A stretch of DNA of 37,549 nt, from positions 1 through 37,549 of IMG/VR virus record IMGVR_UViG_3300010366_000024; one strand, written 5' to 3'. Position 1 is the first letter of the stretch, and each line of letters opens with the position of its first letter. The DNA comes from a virus. Taxonomy: Duplodnaviria > Caudoviricetes. Under the pieces are notes generated by a model. It worked only from the letters and a program-made list of their open reading frames with translations, ran no database searches and was not told where the DNA came from. Both the position numbers and the translations under genes were made by a program. Shown here piece after piece: positions 25,309 to 34,188 of the stretch.

Positions 25309-26933
25309 CCGCACGGCCGCCAACCGTGCCGTGGCAGGAGTGGGCGGCACGGCAGTGGGAGGTACGGCCCCGCCGGTATGAGACGCCGGGGGCGCTGGCG
25401 GTGGCGCTGGACACCACCGTGGGCAGCAGCGACGCCCTGGACTTGGTGGATACCTGCCTGGTGGACCTGATGGCGGAGGACAGCCCGGACAACGCCTTGG
25501 CGGTGTTCATGCCGCCGCAGGAAGGCAAGTCCCAGCGGGTGTCCCGCCGGTTCGTGGAGTGGCTGCTGGACCACAACCCGGCGCTGCGGGTGGCCATCGT
25601 CTCCTACGAAATGGACCTGGCCACCCGGTGGGGCCGCGACATCAAGCAGGACATCCGCCAGGAGGCGTGCGGGCAGGCCAAGGCCGGGCACGTGTGCGGC
25701 GGCGGCTGCGGCAAGCTGCACATTGACGTGCGCCGCGACAGCATGGCCGCCTCCAGGTGGGAGACGCCGGCGGGCGGCGGGGTGTATTGCGTCGGCATCG
25801 GCGGGGCGCTGACCGGGCGGCCGGTGGACGTGCTGATAGTGGATGACCCGGTGAAGGACCGGGCCGCCGCTGAGTCTGAGAAGCTACGGGACACCGCGTG
25901 GGACTGGTGGGAATCCGTGGCGCTCACCCGGCTGGCCCCCGGCGCGCGGGTGGTGCTGATCCAGACGCGGTGGCATGAGGACGACTTGGCCGGGCGTATC
26001 TTCTCCCGGCCTGGGCCGCTGCGGTGGCGGCGGCTGACGATACCGGCCATCGCTGGCGACGATGACCCGCTGGGCCGCGCACCGGGCACCGAACTGGTCA
26101 GCGTACGCGGCAGGGAGCCCGGCTACTTCTATAACCTCCAGCAGGGCATGTCGCAGTACGTGTTCGCCGGGGTGTACCAGCAGACGCCCACGGCCGCTGA
26201 GGGCAACTTTTTCCGCAGGCCGACGTTCCGCTACTGGCGGCCCACCAAGCCCTGGCCTGATGGCCGGGAGCGGATCGTATGCGAGGGCCGCCTAGTCACC
26301 ATGGCGGATACGTGGCGGTTCGCCACCATGGACGTGGCCGCCTCCACCAGGACCGGGGCGGACTTCACGGTGGTAGCCGTGTGGGCGGTCACGGTGGAGG
26401 GTGACCTGATCCTGCTGGACCGGTGGCGCAACCGGGTGGCCGACCACAACCACTTCGCCATGGTGCGCGGCCTTGCCACCCGGTGGGGGTTTGACACGCT
26501 GTATGTGGAGAAGTCCTGGTGGTCCACCACCGTGGTGCAAGACGCCCGCGACGCTGGCGTGCCGGTTGCCCCGCTGATCGCGGACACCGACAAAGTAACC
26601 AGGGCGGTGCCCGCTGCTGGGCACTTGCAGGCGGGCAAGGTGTGGTGGCCTGCCGAGACCGCCGGGTGCCCTTGCGGTAACTGTCCCGGCGGGGTGTGGC
26701 TGGATGAGTGGTGCGACGAACTGGCGGCCTTCCCCCGGGGCACCCACGATGACCAGGTGGACACGTTCTCATACGCCGCCCGGGTGCGCAGCCATGAGTG
26801 GGTGCCCGCCGGGGCGCGGGAGCAGGAGCGGGCGCGGCCCAGTTCTGCGGAACAGGCCATAGCGGCAGCGCATCAGGCCGCCACCGGCAACGGCCACCAG
26901 GAGCTTGACCTGATGAATATGCCGCTGGGTTAG
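25305..26933 (+). CDS. terL: Terminase large subunit
   Basis: MPPQEGKS Walker A, LIVDDPVKD Walker B, IQTRWHEDDLAG, nuclease motifs DVAAS..ADFT and HDDQVD. Confidence 0.95.
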   Translation: MTARPPTVPWQEWAARQWEVRPRRYETPGALAVALDTTVGSSDALDLVDTCLVDLMAEDSPDNALAVFMPPQEGKSQRVSRRFVEWLLDHNPALRVAIVSYEMDLATRWGRDIKQDIRQEACGQAKAGHVCGGGCGKLHIDVRRDSMAASRWETPAGGGVYCVGIGGALTGRPVDVLIVDDPVKDRAAAESEKLRDTAWDWWESVALTRLAPGARVVLIQTRWHEDDLAGRIFSRPGPLRWRRLTIPAIAGDDDPLGRAPGTELVSVRGREPGYFYNLQQGMSQYVFAGVYQQTPTAAEGNFFRRPTFRYWRPTKPWPDGRERIVCEGRLVTMADTWRFATMDVAASTRTGADFTVVAVWAVTVEGDLILLDRWRNRVADHNHFAMVRGLATRWGFDTLYVEKSWWSTTVVQDARDAGVPVAPLIADTDKVTRAVPAAGHLQAGKVWWPAETAGCPCGNCPGGVWLDEWCDELAAFPRGTHDDQVDTFSYAARVRSHEWVPAGAREQERARPSSAEQAIAAAHQAATGNGHQELDLMNMPLG

Positions 26934-27097
26934 CGGCGTGTCAGCGCCACCCCGGCGGCACCTGCGGCGACGATGACCAGCGCGAGCAGCACTGCGGCCA
27001 CGCCGGGCGCTGCCGCGCCGAAGACGGCGAGGGCCTTGATGCCGTGGTGGAACATGGCGGACGGGCCGCCCCAGTAGTGCATAGCCGTGGGGTCCAT
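26930..27097 (-). CDS. Small membrane protein (55 aa), antisense to the late operon, not in the ORF track
   Basis: MDPTAMHYWGGPSAMFHHGIKALAVFGAAAPGVAAVLLALVIVAAGAAGVALTRR*; GGAGA RBS on minus strand; stop overlaps TerL stop. Confidence 0.6.
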   Translation of the reverse strand: MDPTAMHYWGGPSAMFHHGIKALAVFGAAAPGVAAVLLALVIVAAGAAGVALTRR

Positions 27098-27197
27098 GGC
27101 GTTCTCCGTTTCCCCAGTGGGTGCTGGTATTGAGCGTCGCTGCTGGGGATGCCCGCCGTCAACCCTGCCGGGTTATGCTGGCCGCGCAGGCAGTTCC

Positions 27198-27785
27198 CCC
27201 GCCAGCTTAGGCTGGCGGGCGCACAGCCCCTGGTCCCGCTGTCCCATTGCTCCCCCAAGCAGGCCGGGGGCTGTTGCGTTTACAGGGTGGGGCCGCCGAT
27301 CCTGGGCGGCGGCCCGGTGCGATGCCGGGGGGTAGGTGCGCCTGCGGCGGCACGACGGCGCGCGTAGGCGGCACGGTTCACCGCACTAGCTGCATCCTGG
27401 CCGCGTTCGTAGCTGGCACGCCCCTGGTATTCCCTGGCCGGATCGCTGCCCAAAGTCCACGGATTATGCAACCCAGCGGTGACAACTACCACGGGCGGGT
27501 GACTAGCCATGCGGCTAGCGTACACACACCCCACTGTGGTTCACTGGTGCCCGAATGCCCGGGGCTTGCTGGCGGGGCGTGCATAGGACTGGCCTAGCCG
27601 CCTAACCATCCCCCCGCCAGCGGCCCCGGGCACGCGGCCACCTATAGAACGGGCCCCGCCCCCGCCCCAACCGCTGGCGTGGCCCGGCCCCAGAGACGGC
27701 CCCGCCCGCGTCCCCCCACGCGCCTGGCGGGGCCGCCTCATGCCTGCGGCACGCCGCTACGGCGGGTGACTGTAACCGCCCGTGG
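27198..27785. other. Hairpin-rich non-coding region, candidate structured RNA
   Basis: Stems at 27198-27219, 27290-27315, 27503-27518, 27556-27632 and a 10-bp long-range pair 27489-27498/27776-27785; no convincing ORF. Confidence 0.4.
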
Positions 27786-27883
27786 CCTGGCGTGTATGCT
27801 GCCCGCCAGAAGGCCACCATGGAAACCGCCCCCGGGCGGCGGCCGTACACAGCCGCACACGCTGAGGGGAACCCGGCACGGCC

Positions 27884-30214
27884 ATGGTGGCGCGAGCGTT
27901 GCAACCGGCAGGCAACTTCGCCGCCGCCACCAACTTGGCCAACGGCCTGCCCGGCACCCCGCCCACGCATGACATCGGCAGCACGGACCTGTACTGGGGC
28001 ACGTTCGGGCAGGGGCTGCTGACCGACTGGTGGGAAACCACGGCGGACCTGGTCTGGCCGCAGTCGGTGATCACCTACGGCCGGATGCGGCAGGACCCGC
28101 AGATACGCGCCATCTTGTACGGTTACCTGCTGCCGATCCTGCGCGCCCAGTGGTGGGTGGACCCGGAGGGCTGCCGCGACGAGGTAGCCCAGCACGTGGC
28201 CGACGACATGGGGCTGCCGATCCTGGGCGACGACCCGCACCCGGGGCCAGCCCGGCGGCGGGGGATCAACTGGCGGCGGCACCTGCGCGACGCGGCATAC
28301 CACCGGCTGGTGTACGGCCACATGCCGTTTGAGTTGCGGTACCGAATCGAGGAGCCAAGGCCGGGCGGCGTGCACCTGGACCACCTGGGTGCGCGCATGC
28401 CGTGGACCCTGGCCCAGATCATGCTGAACCCGGACAACACCATTGACCACATCGTGCAGACCACCCAGCGGGAGCCGATACCGGCTAACCGGCTGATCTG
28501 GTACGTGCACCAGTTGGAAGGGGCCAACTGGTCAGGCATCAGCCTGCTACGGCCGCTGTTCGGCGCATGGCTGCTCAAGCACGAAGTACAGCGGGTGCAC
28601 GCCACCAGCATTCGCCGGTTCGGCATGGGCGTGCCAACGGTGGAGGCCCCGCCGGGCGGCACCGCCACCCAGGTGTCCCAGGCACAGCAGATGGCCAGCG
28701 CCATGCGGGTGGGTGACCAGTCCGGGGTGGGGCTGCCGCAGGGGTACGCCTTCAAGCTGGCCGGCCTGTCAGGCAGCGTGCCGGATGCGCTGGCGTTCCT
28801 CAAATACCTGGACGGGGCCATGGCCAAGATGGCCCTGGAGGGGCTGATTGAGCTTGGCCAGTCCGAGCACGGCAGCCGCGCCTTGGGTGAGAGCTTCCTG
28901 GACCTGTTCCTGCTCAGCTTGCAAGCCGAGGCGGACGACCTGGCCGACACGGCCACCAGCGGCCAGGACGGCATGCCGGGGATCATCACGGACCTGGTGG
29001 ACCAGAACTGGGGCGAGGACGAACCGGCCCCCAGGATCGTGTGCGGCGACATCGGCTCCAACTACGAGGTGACCGCCGAGGCGCTGTACCGGCTGACGCA
29101 GGCAGGCGCGCTGGTACCGGACCCGGCACTGGACCGGTGGATACGCGACACGTGGAAGCTGCCCGAGTGCGAAACGCCTTGGGAGCCCATGAGCCGTGGC
29201 ATCCCGGCCCCAGGTGCGCCTGCCGGGCCAGTACCGGGCACCGGGGAAGGTCTGCCTGCGCCAGCCCCCGACGTGCTGCCGCTGCCCGCCCCCGGCACGA
29301 CCCCACCGCCGCCGGGGCAGGCCGGCCCGCCTGCCCCGGTTACCAGGCAGGCCGCTACCGCCCGGCGGCGTGGCACCGGGCGGCGTGGCCGTGCGCTGGC
29401 GGCTGCGCTGCCCGGTCAGTTCCACCGGCAGATGACGACGCGGGAAGTGGCCGCTGGGTTTAACCCGGCGCAGCGGCAGCAGGAGTGGCTGACCGCGCGG
29501 GAAACGCTGGTGCTGTCATACCGGCCCATCGTGGCTGCGCAGCGGGCGGCCCTGGTGGATGCGGCGGTGCAGGCGGTGGCCGCCGGGCAGACGGGGAAGC
29601 TGGGCGGCCTTGCCGTGGCTACCGGCGACGGGCAGGCCGTCATCCTCGCCGCCATGCAGCAGGTGGCCACCCTGGGCGCGCTGGGTGTGGTGATGGAGGC
29701 CGCGCACCAGGGCGTCACCATCGACCCCGACCGGGTGAAGATCGACGCGGGGCGGCTGGGCCGGGTGGCCAGCGCGCGTGCCCAGTTGATCGGAGCGCGG
29801 CTGTCGGCCTTGGCGGGCACGCGGGTGCTCCAGCGGGTGGCTGCCGCTGCCCCGCCGCTGGGGCCTGGGCCTAAGACGCCAGCGGAGCAGGCAGCGGACG
29901 CGGGCGACGACTTGGCCGGGTGGCTGGCGCTGCTCAGCGAAAACCCAGTGGTTGACCAGCTTGGCGCTGCGCTCACCGCCGGGCAGAACATGGGCCGTGC
30001 TGCGGCATTCCTGGCCGGGCCGCCCAGCGCGGTGTACATGTCCAGCGAGATCGAGGACGACAACACGTGCATCCCGTGCAGCGACATCGACGGCACCGAG
30101 TTCCCCACCCTGGCCGACGCGGAGGCCTCCTACCCGAACGGCGGCTACCTGCTGTGTGAGGGCGGCATGCGCTGCCGTGGCGCGGTGTACGGCATGTGGG
30201 GCGGTGAGGGCTGA
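27884..30214 (+). CDS. Portal protein (Mu gp29/DUF935 type) fused to a MuF-like minor head domain
   Basis: GISLLRPLFGAW..K...RFGMGVP, GSRALGE portal motifs; Pro-rich linker; C-terminal DDNTCIPCSDIDG...CEGGMRCRG MuF-like motif. Confidence 0.88.
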   Translation: MVARALQPAGNFAAATNLANGLPGTPPTHDIGSTDLYWGTFGQGLLTDWWETTADLVWPQSVITYGRMRQDPQIRAILYGYLLPILRAQWWVDPEGCRDEVAQHVADDMGLPILGDDPHPGPARRRGINWRRHLRDAAYHRLVYGHMPFELRYRIEEPRPGGVHLDHLGARMPWTLAQIMLNPDNTIDHIVQTTQREPIPANRLIWYVHQLEGANWSGISLLRPLFGAWLLKHEVQRVHATSIRRFGMGVPTVEAPPGGTATQVSQAQQMASAMRVGDQSGVGLPQGYAFKLAGLSGSVPDALAFLKYLDGAMAKMALEGLIELGQSEHGSRALGESFLDLFLLSLQAEADDLADTATSGQDGMPGIITDLVDQNWGEDEPAPRIVCGDIGSNYEVTAEALYRLTQAGALVPDPALDRWIRDTWKLPECETPWEPMSRGIPAPGAPAGPVPGTGEGLPAPAPDVLPLPAPGTTPPPPGQAGPPAPVTRQAATARRRGTGRRGRALAAALPGQFHRQMTTREVAAGFNPAQRQQEWLTARETLVLSYRPIVAAQRAALVDAAVQAVAAGQTGKLGGLAVATGDGQAVILAAMQQVATLGALGVVMEAAHQGVTIDPDRVKIDAGRLGRVASARAQLIGARLSALAGTRVLQRVAAAAPPLGPGPKTPAEQAADAGDDLAGWLALLSENPVVDQLGAALTAGQNMGRAAAFLAGPPSAVYMSSEIEDDNTCIPCSDIDGTEFPTLADAEASYPNGGYLLCEGGMRCRGAVYGMWGGEG

Positions 30215-32268
30215 TGCCCTGGCATGTGGCCAAGACCGCCCAGTGCCCGGCCAGCCGGCCGTGGGGGGTGATCCTGGACGCCTCTGGGCAGGTGGTGCCC
30301 GGTGGCTGCCACGCCACCAAGGCCGAAGCCAACGCACACATGGCCGCGCTGTATGCCAACGAGCCGCACGCGGCAGCGCCAGTCCAGGTGACCGTGCCCG
30401 CGCTGGTTACGATCCCCCACGTTGACCTGGTGGCCGCAGGCACGTGGGACCTGTCCACGGGGCTTACCACGTTCACCACCCAGGATTTGGCGGATGCGGT
30501 GGACGCGGCGCAGTGCCCCGCCGTGGGCGCTCCGGTGATCAAGCTGGGCCACACCGACAAGCGGTTTAACGGCGACGGGCAGCCGAGCATCGGGCGGGTG
30601 CGGAATCTGGCCCTGGCCGATGACGGCAGCAAGGTGACGGGTGACCTGGCGGGCATGCCCGGGTGGCTGGGCGTGATCATGGAATCCGCATATCCGCAGC
30701 GCAGCGTGGAGGGCGCGTGGGGTTTCCAGTGCCAGATAGGGCACACTCACCCGTTTGTCATTACCGGCCTGGCGCTGCTGGGCGTGTCGCCGCCCGGCGT
30801 GGGGGTGCTTAGCGACATCCAAGACGTGGCCGCCCTGTATGGGGTGGCGGCGGCTGCCCGGGAAGTGGCGGCCACCTGGCAGACAGCAGCAGGAGGAGCG
30901 ATGCCCAAGGACGCCAGCGCAGCCGCAGCCATCACGGTGGATGACGTGCGGCAGGCGTACTACCAGGCCGCACCCATGTCGTACTGGATCACCGAAGTAC
31001 AGATGGACCCCACGCAACTGATCGTCTGCGACGACGCGGAGGGATGCGTGTACCGCGTGCCCTTCAAGATCAGCAACGGTGCAGTCACGTTCGGCACGCC
31101 GGTCAAGGTGGAAGTGGTGTACGAGGACGTGGCGGCCTTGGCGGGCGTGCGGCACGGCACCCTGGTTGCGTTCGCCAGCGCGGAGGAGTCCCGGGCGGGC
31201 ATCGTGCTGGCCGCCTGGTCCGCCTCCACCCAGGTGGGCAACATGGGCACCGACCCCAGCCAGTCCGCCATCAACAAGATGTTCGCGCTGCCTGCTGATA
31301 CCAAGTCCGACAGCAAATTGCCGCACCACAACTGTGACGCCAGCAGCCACACCGTGGGCGAGGCCAACCCGGACGGCTGCTCCGCTGCTATTGGCGCTAT
31401 CAACGGGGCACACGGCGGCCTTGCGGGTGTCTCGGAGGCGGACGCCCGCAAGGCGTACAACCACCTGGCCGCGCACCTGCGCAGCGCGGGACAGGAGCCA
31501 CCGGACTACAGCGGCCCAGGGGCCAGCGCCAGCACCGAAGGGGTGGAGGCCGGCGGGCCGCACGGGGCCTACAACGGCACCCACTCCCACCCCCACAGCG
31601 CCTTCGGCGCGCAGGGCGGCGACGAGACCCACGACCACAGCCACACCCACACGGGTGGGGCCATGCACGACCACGCCCACGCGAGTGCGGGGCCAACAGG
31701 GAAGGGAGCCGCTGACGTGGAACTCAGCGACACGCAGAAGGCCGCCATTCGCGCTGCGCTTGGCCTGGCCGACGATGAGGAAGTGACCGCCGAGCACGTG
31801 GCGGCCATGGCGGCCAAGCTGGCCGAGGCCACCGCTGCTGCGGCTGGCGGCGGCGACGGCGGCACCCCCGAGCCGGATGCCACCCCGGAGCCGGTGGCAG
31901 CCAGCAAGGCGGGCAGCCTGCCGCCGGGTGTCGTGGCCGTGGACCAGGACGTGTGGGCGGCCACCCAGGCGCGCATCCAGCAGGGCGAACTGGCCCGCGC
32001 GGAGCAGTTGCGGGCACGCCGCGACTCCGCCATTGCCGGCGCGGTGTCCGCTGGGAAGTTCCCGGCGGCCCGGGTGTCGCACTGGCAGCGCATCTGGGAC
32101 GCGGACCCGGAGGGCACGGAGGCCGTGCTTGCCGGGCTCACCCCGGGTGTGGTGCCCACGGCAGACATCGGCATGGAAGGCGGCCCCACGGCCGCAGCCG
32201 AAGCCGAGGATTACCAGCGGCTGTTCCCACCGGAGTACACCCGCACGGCGATCTTCGCCAAGGACTGA
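30214..32268 (+). CDS. Capsid maturation protease/scaffold polyprotein
   Basis: Between portal and capsid; IKLGHTD...YPQRSVEG...LALLG protease-like part, helical scaffold C-terminus; internal RBS-starts at 30901 and 31717. Confidence 0.8.
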   Translation: MPWHVAKTAQCPASRPWGVILDASGQVVPGGCHATKAEANAHMAALYANEPHAAAPVQVTVPALVTIPHVDLVAAGTWDLSTGLTTFTTQDLADAVDAAQCPAVGAPVIKLGHTDKRFNGDGQPSIGRVRNLALADDGSKVTGDLAGMPGWLGVIMESAYPQRSVEGAWGFQCQIGHTHPFVITGLALLGVSPPGVGVLSDIQDVAALYGVAAAAREVAATWQTAAGGAMPKDASAAAAITVDDVRQAYYQAAPMSYWITEVQMDPTQLIVCDDAEGCVYRVPFKISNGAVTFGTPVKVEVVYEDVAALAGVRHGTLVAFASAEESRAGIVLAAWSASTQVGNMGTDPSQSAINKMFALPADTKSDSKLPHHNCDASSHTVGEANPDGCSAAIGAINGAHGGLAGVSEADARKAYNHLAAHLRSAGQEPPDYSGPGASASTEGVEAGGPHGAYNGTHSHPHSAFGAQGGDETHDHSHTHTGGAMHDHAHASAGPTGKGAADVELSDTQKAAIRAALGLADDEEVTAEHVAAMAAKLAEATAAAAGGGDGGTPEPDATPEPVAASKAGSLPPGVVAVDQDVWAATQARIQQGELARAEQLRARRDSAIAGAVSAGKFPAARVSHWQRIWDADPEGTEAVLAGLTPGVVPTADIGMEGGPTAAAEAEDYQRLFPPEYTRTAIFAKD

Positions 32269-32274
32269 TGCCCG

Positions 32275-32685
32275 GTGCCTGACTACACACCCGTCAGCGT
32301 CGAGGGCGAATGCATCACTCTCACGCTGTCTGCCAGTTGCAAGGGCGGCGACCTGCTGGCCGTGTCGGGCAACGGCACCGTGGCCCCGTTCACCCCGGCG
32401 GCCACCCCGGTGGTCAACATTGTGGGCGCTGCACAGTCCGACCAGAACAGCGGTGCCCGCATCAGCGTGTGGTGCTTCGGCCCCGTCCACGAGTCCACCG
32501 CTGATGGCACCGTGACCGCTGGAGATCAGGTGGTCACGGCCACCAACGCCAACCGGCAGGTGCGCACCCTGGCCGCTGTCACCACGCCCACGGCAGCGGA
32601 CGTGGTGGGCACCCGGGCCATCCTCGGCGTGGCACTGACCACGGCGTCTGACAACACCAAGGTCCGGTGGATGGCGGCTAGGTAA
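32275..32685 (+). CDS. Capsid decoration/cement protein (DUF2190-like), copy 1
   Basis: PDYTPV start, GDLLAVSGNGTV, VGAA, GVALT; before capsid gene. Confidence 0.75.
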   Translation: MPDYTPVSVEGECITLTLSASCKGGDLLAVSGNGTVAPFTPAATPVVNIVGAAQSDQNSGARISVWCFGPVHESTADGTVTAGDQVVTATNANRQVRTLAAVTTPTAADVVGTRAILGVALTTASDNTKVRWMAAR

Positions 32686-32694
32686 GGCCGTGGC

Positions 32695-32713
32695 GGTAGG
32701 CCGCCGGTTTACC
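32695..32713. promoter_or_regulatory. 19-bp dyad motif (reverse orientation)
   Basis: GGTAGGC-CGCCG-GTTTACC, reverse complement GGTAAAC-CGGCG-GCCTACC; intergenic. Confidence 0.5.
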
Positions 32714-32744
32714 CGCAACCACCTGAGCAGAAAGGACGGCCACC

Positions 32745-33140
32745 ATGGCCGACTACACACCGGTCAACCAGGACAAGCCGTTTACCCAGACGGCATCGGC
32801 CACTATCACGGGCGGCCAGCTACTGGACTCCACCGGCAACGGCACGGTGGGGCCAAGCGCTGGCACCCTGCGGCCCATCGGCGTGGCTGAGCACGACGCC
32901 GTATCCGGTGGCCGGGTCACCGTGTGGCCGATGCCCGGCAACGTGCACGAACTGGTGATCAAGAACACGGTGGTGATCGCGGCAGGTAACCCGATCATTG
33001 CCGCCAGCGGCAGCGCAGGCAACGTGGACACCGGCACCCTGGCCACCGTGGCCGCCGCCGGCACCCTCATCGGCATCTGCATCCAGGGCGGCACCGGCAA
33101 CGCCGGGGGCACCGTCAAGGCCCGGTTCGTCGGCGTCTAG
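32745..33140 (+). CDS. Capsid decoration/cement protein (DUF2190-like), copy 2
   Basis: ADYTPV start, GQLLDSTGNGTV, IGVA; AAGGA RBS. Confidence 0.75.
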   Translation: MADYTPVNQDKPFTQTASATITGGQLLDSTGNGTVGPSAGTLRPIGVAEHDAVSGGRVTVWPMPGNVHELVIKNTVVIAAGNPIIAASGSAGNVDTGTLATVAAAGTLIGICIQGGTGNAGGTVKARFVGV

Positions 33141-33200
33141 GCCGCCGGCCCAACTAAGCAGGGGGCCGCTGGTGGCCCACCGCACGAAAGGAAGCAAGCC

Positions 33201-34121
33201 ATGCCAGGTAGCTACCCGGCTCCCCCGCCCACACTGAGCGGTGACCTGGAGACCATTAGCCGGTTCCTCCAGTCGCCCACACAGATCAGGCGGCGGCTCC
33301 GCGACTACACCGACCTGCGGTTTGTCGCAGACCAACTGCTCACCCAGCGGTTCCGCACCAGCGGCGGTGCGGCGCTGTACGAACTGTCCGAGCCCTTCGT
33401 TACTGACCGCACCGTGGAAGCGGTGGGGCCCGGTGCGGAGTACCCGTTTGCCAACCTGCCCACCGGCACCGCCGGCATTGCGTCGGTTAGCAAGTGGGGC
33501 CAGAAGGTGCGGCTGACGGACGAGGAGGTTGCCCGCAACGTGTACGCCGGGCAGACCGTGGACCGCAACTTGCGCAAGGTGGTCAACTCGATCATTCAGC
33601 AGGTGGACGGGCAGGCCATGTCCGCCATCGCGTCGGCGGTGACCGACACCACCACGGCCACGGCCGCCTGGTCCAGCGCGGCCACGCGAACCATCTTCCA
33701 GGACATTCTGCTGGCCAAGGCGCACGTGTACGGCAAGAACCTGGGCTACCACCCAGACACCGTGCTGGTGGATGACACGCACTACGCCTACATGATGTCC
33801 GACACGGCCATCACCAATGCGCTGCGGCGTGAGACCACGAACAACCCCATCTACACCGGCACGCTGGAGATCATCGCGGGCCTGGTGATCGTCGTTTCGC
33901 CCAGCAGCGTGGCCGCGCACCCGTACGTGCTCGACTCCACCCAGCTTGGCGGCATGGCCGACGAGATGGACGCCGCGCCGGGCTACGCCATGGACCAGTT
34001 GTCCGTGCAGATCAAGTCGATTCGGCTGGACGCCAACGACGCCTGGGACTTGCAGGGCCGCCGCAAGACGGTGCCCATTGTCCAGGAGCCGGGCAGCGCC
34101 TGCGAAATCCTCACCGCCTGA
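33201..34121 (+). CDS. Major capsid protein (HK97 fold)
   Basis: 306 aa, EAVGPGAEYP, KWGQKVRLTDE, PDTVLV, ends VQEPGSACEI; position after scaffold/decoration. Confidence 0.88.
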   Translation: MPGSYPAPPPTLSGDLETISRFLQSPTQIRRRLRDYTDLRFVADQLLTQRFRTSGGAALYELSEPFVTDRTVEAVGPGAEYPFANLPTGTAGIASVSKWGQKVRLTDEEVARNVYAGQTVDRNLRKVVNSIIQQVDGQAMSAIASAVTDTTTATAAWSSAATRTIFQDILLAKAHVYGKNLGYHPDTVLVDDTHYAYMMSDTAITNALRRETTNNPIYTGTLEIIAGLVIVVSPSSVAAHPYVLDSTQLGGMADEMDAAPGYAMDQLSVQIKSIRLDANDAWDLQGRRKTVPIVQEPGSACEILTA

Positions 34122-34188
34122 CCGGGCTGCCAGGTCCAGCGCACTGGCTGCCCCGGGCAGCCCCGACACCAAAGGAAGGGGTGCCGCT

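Noticed and set aside
27100-27883. tRNA genes or a protein-coding gene in the terL-portal gap
   Set aside because: No cloverleaf with T-loop GTTCRA and matching acceptor stem found by eye; ORFs here lack RBS and codon bias
30145-32760. 871-aa minus-strand ORF, and similar long antisense ORFs (32820-34610, 11293-12639, 7683-8978)
   Set aside because: Shadow frames expected from high GC3 opposite well-supported plus-strand genes
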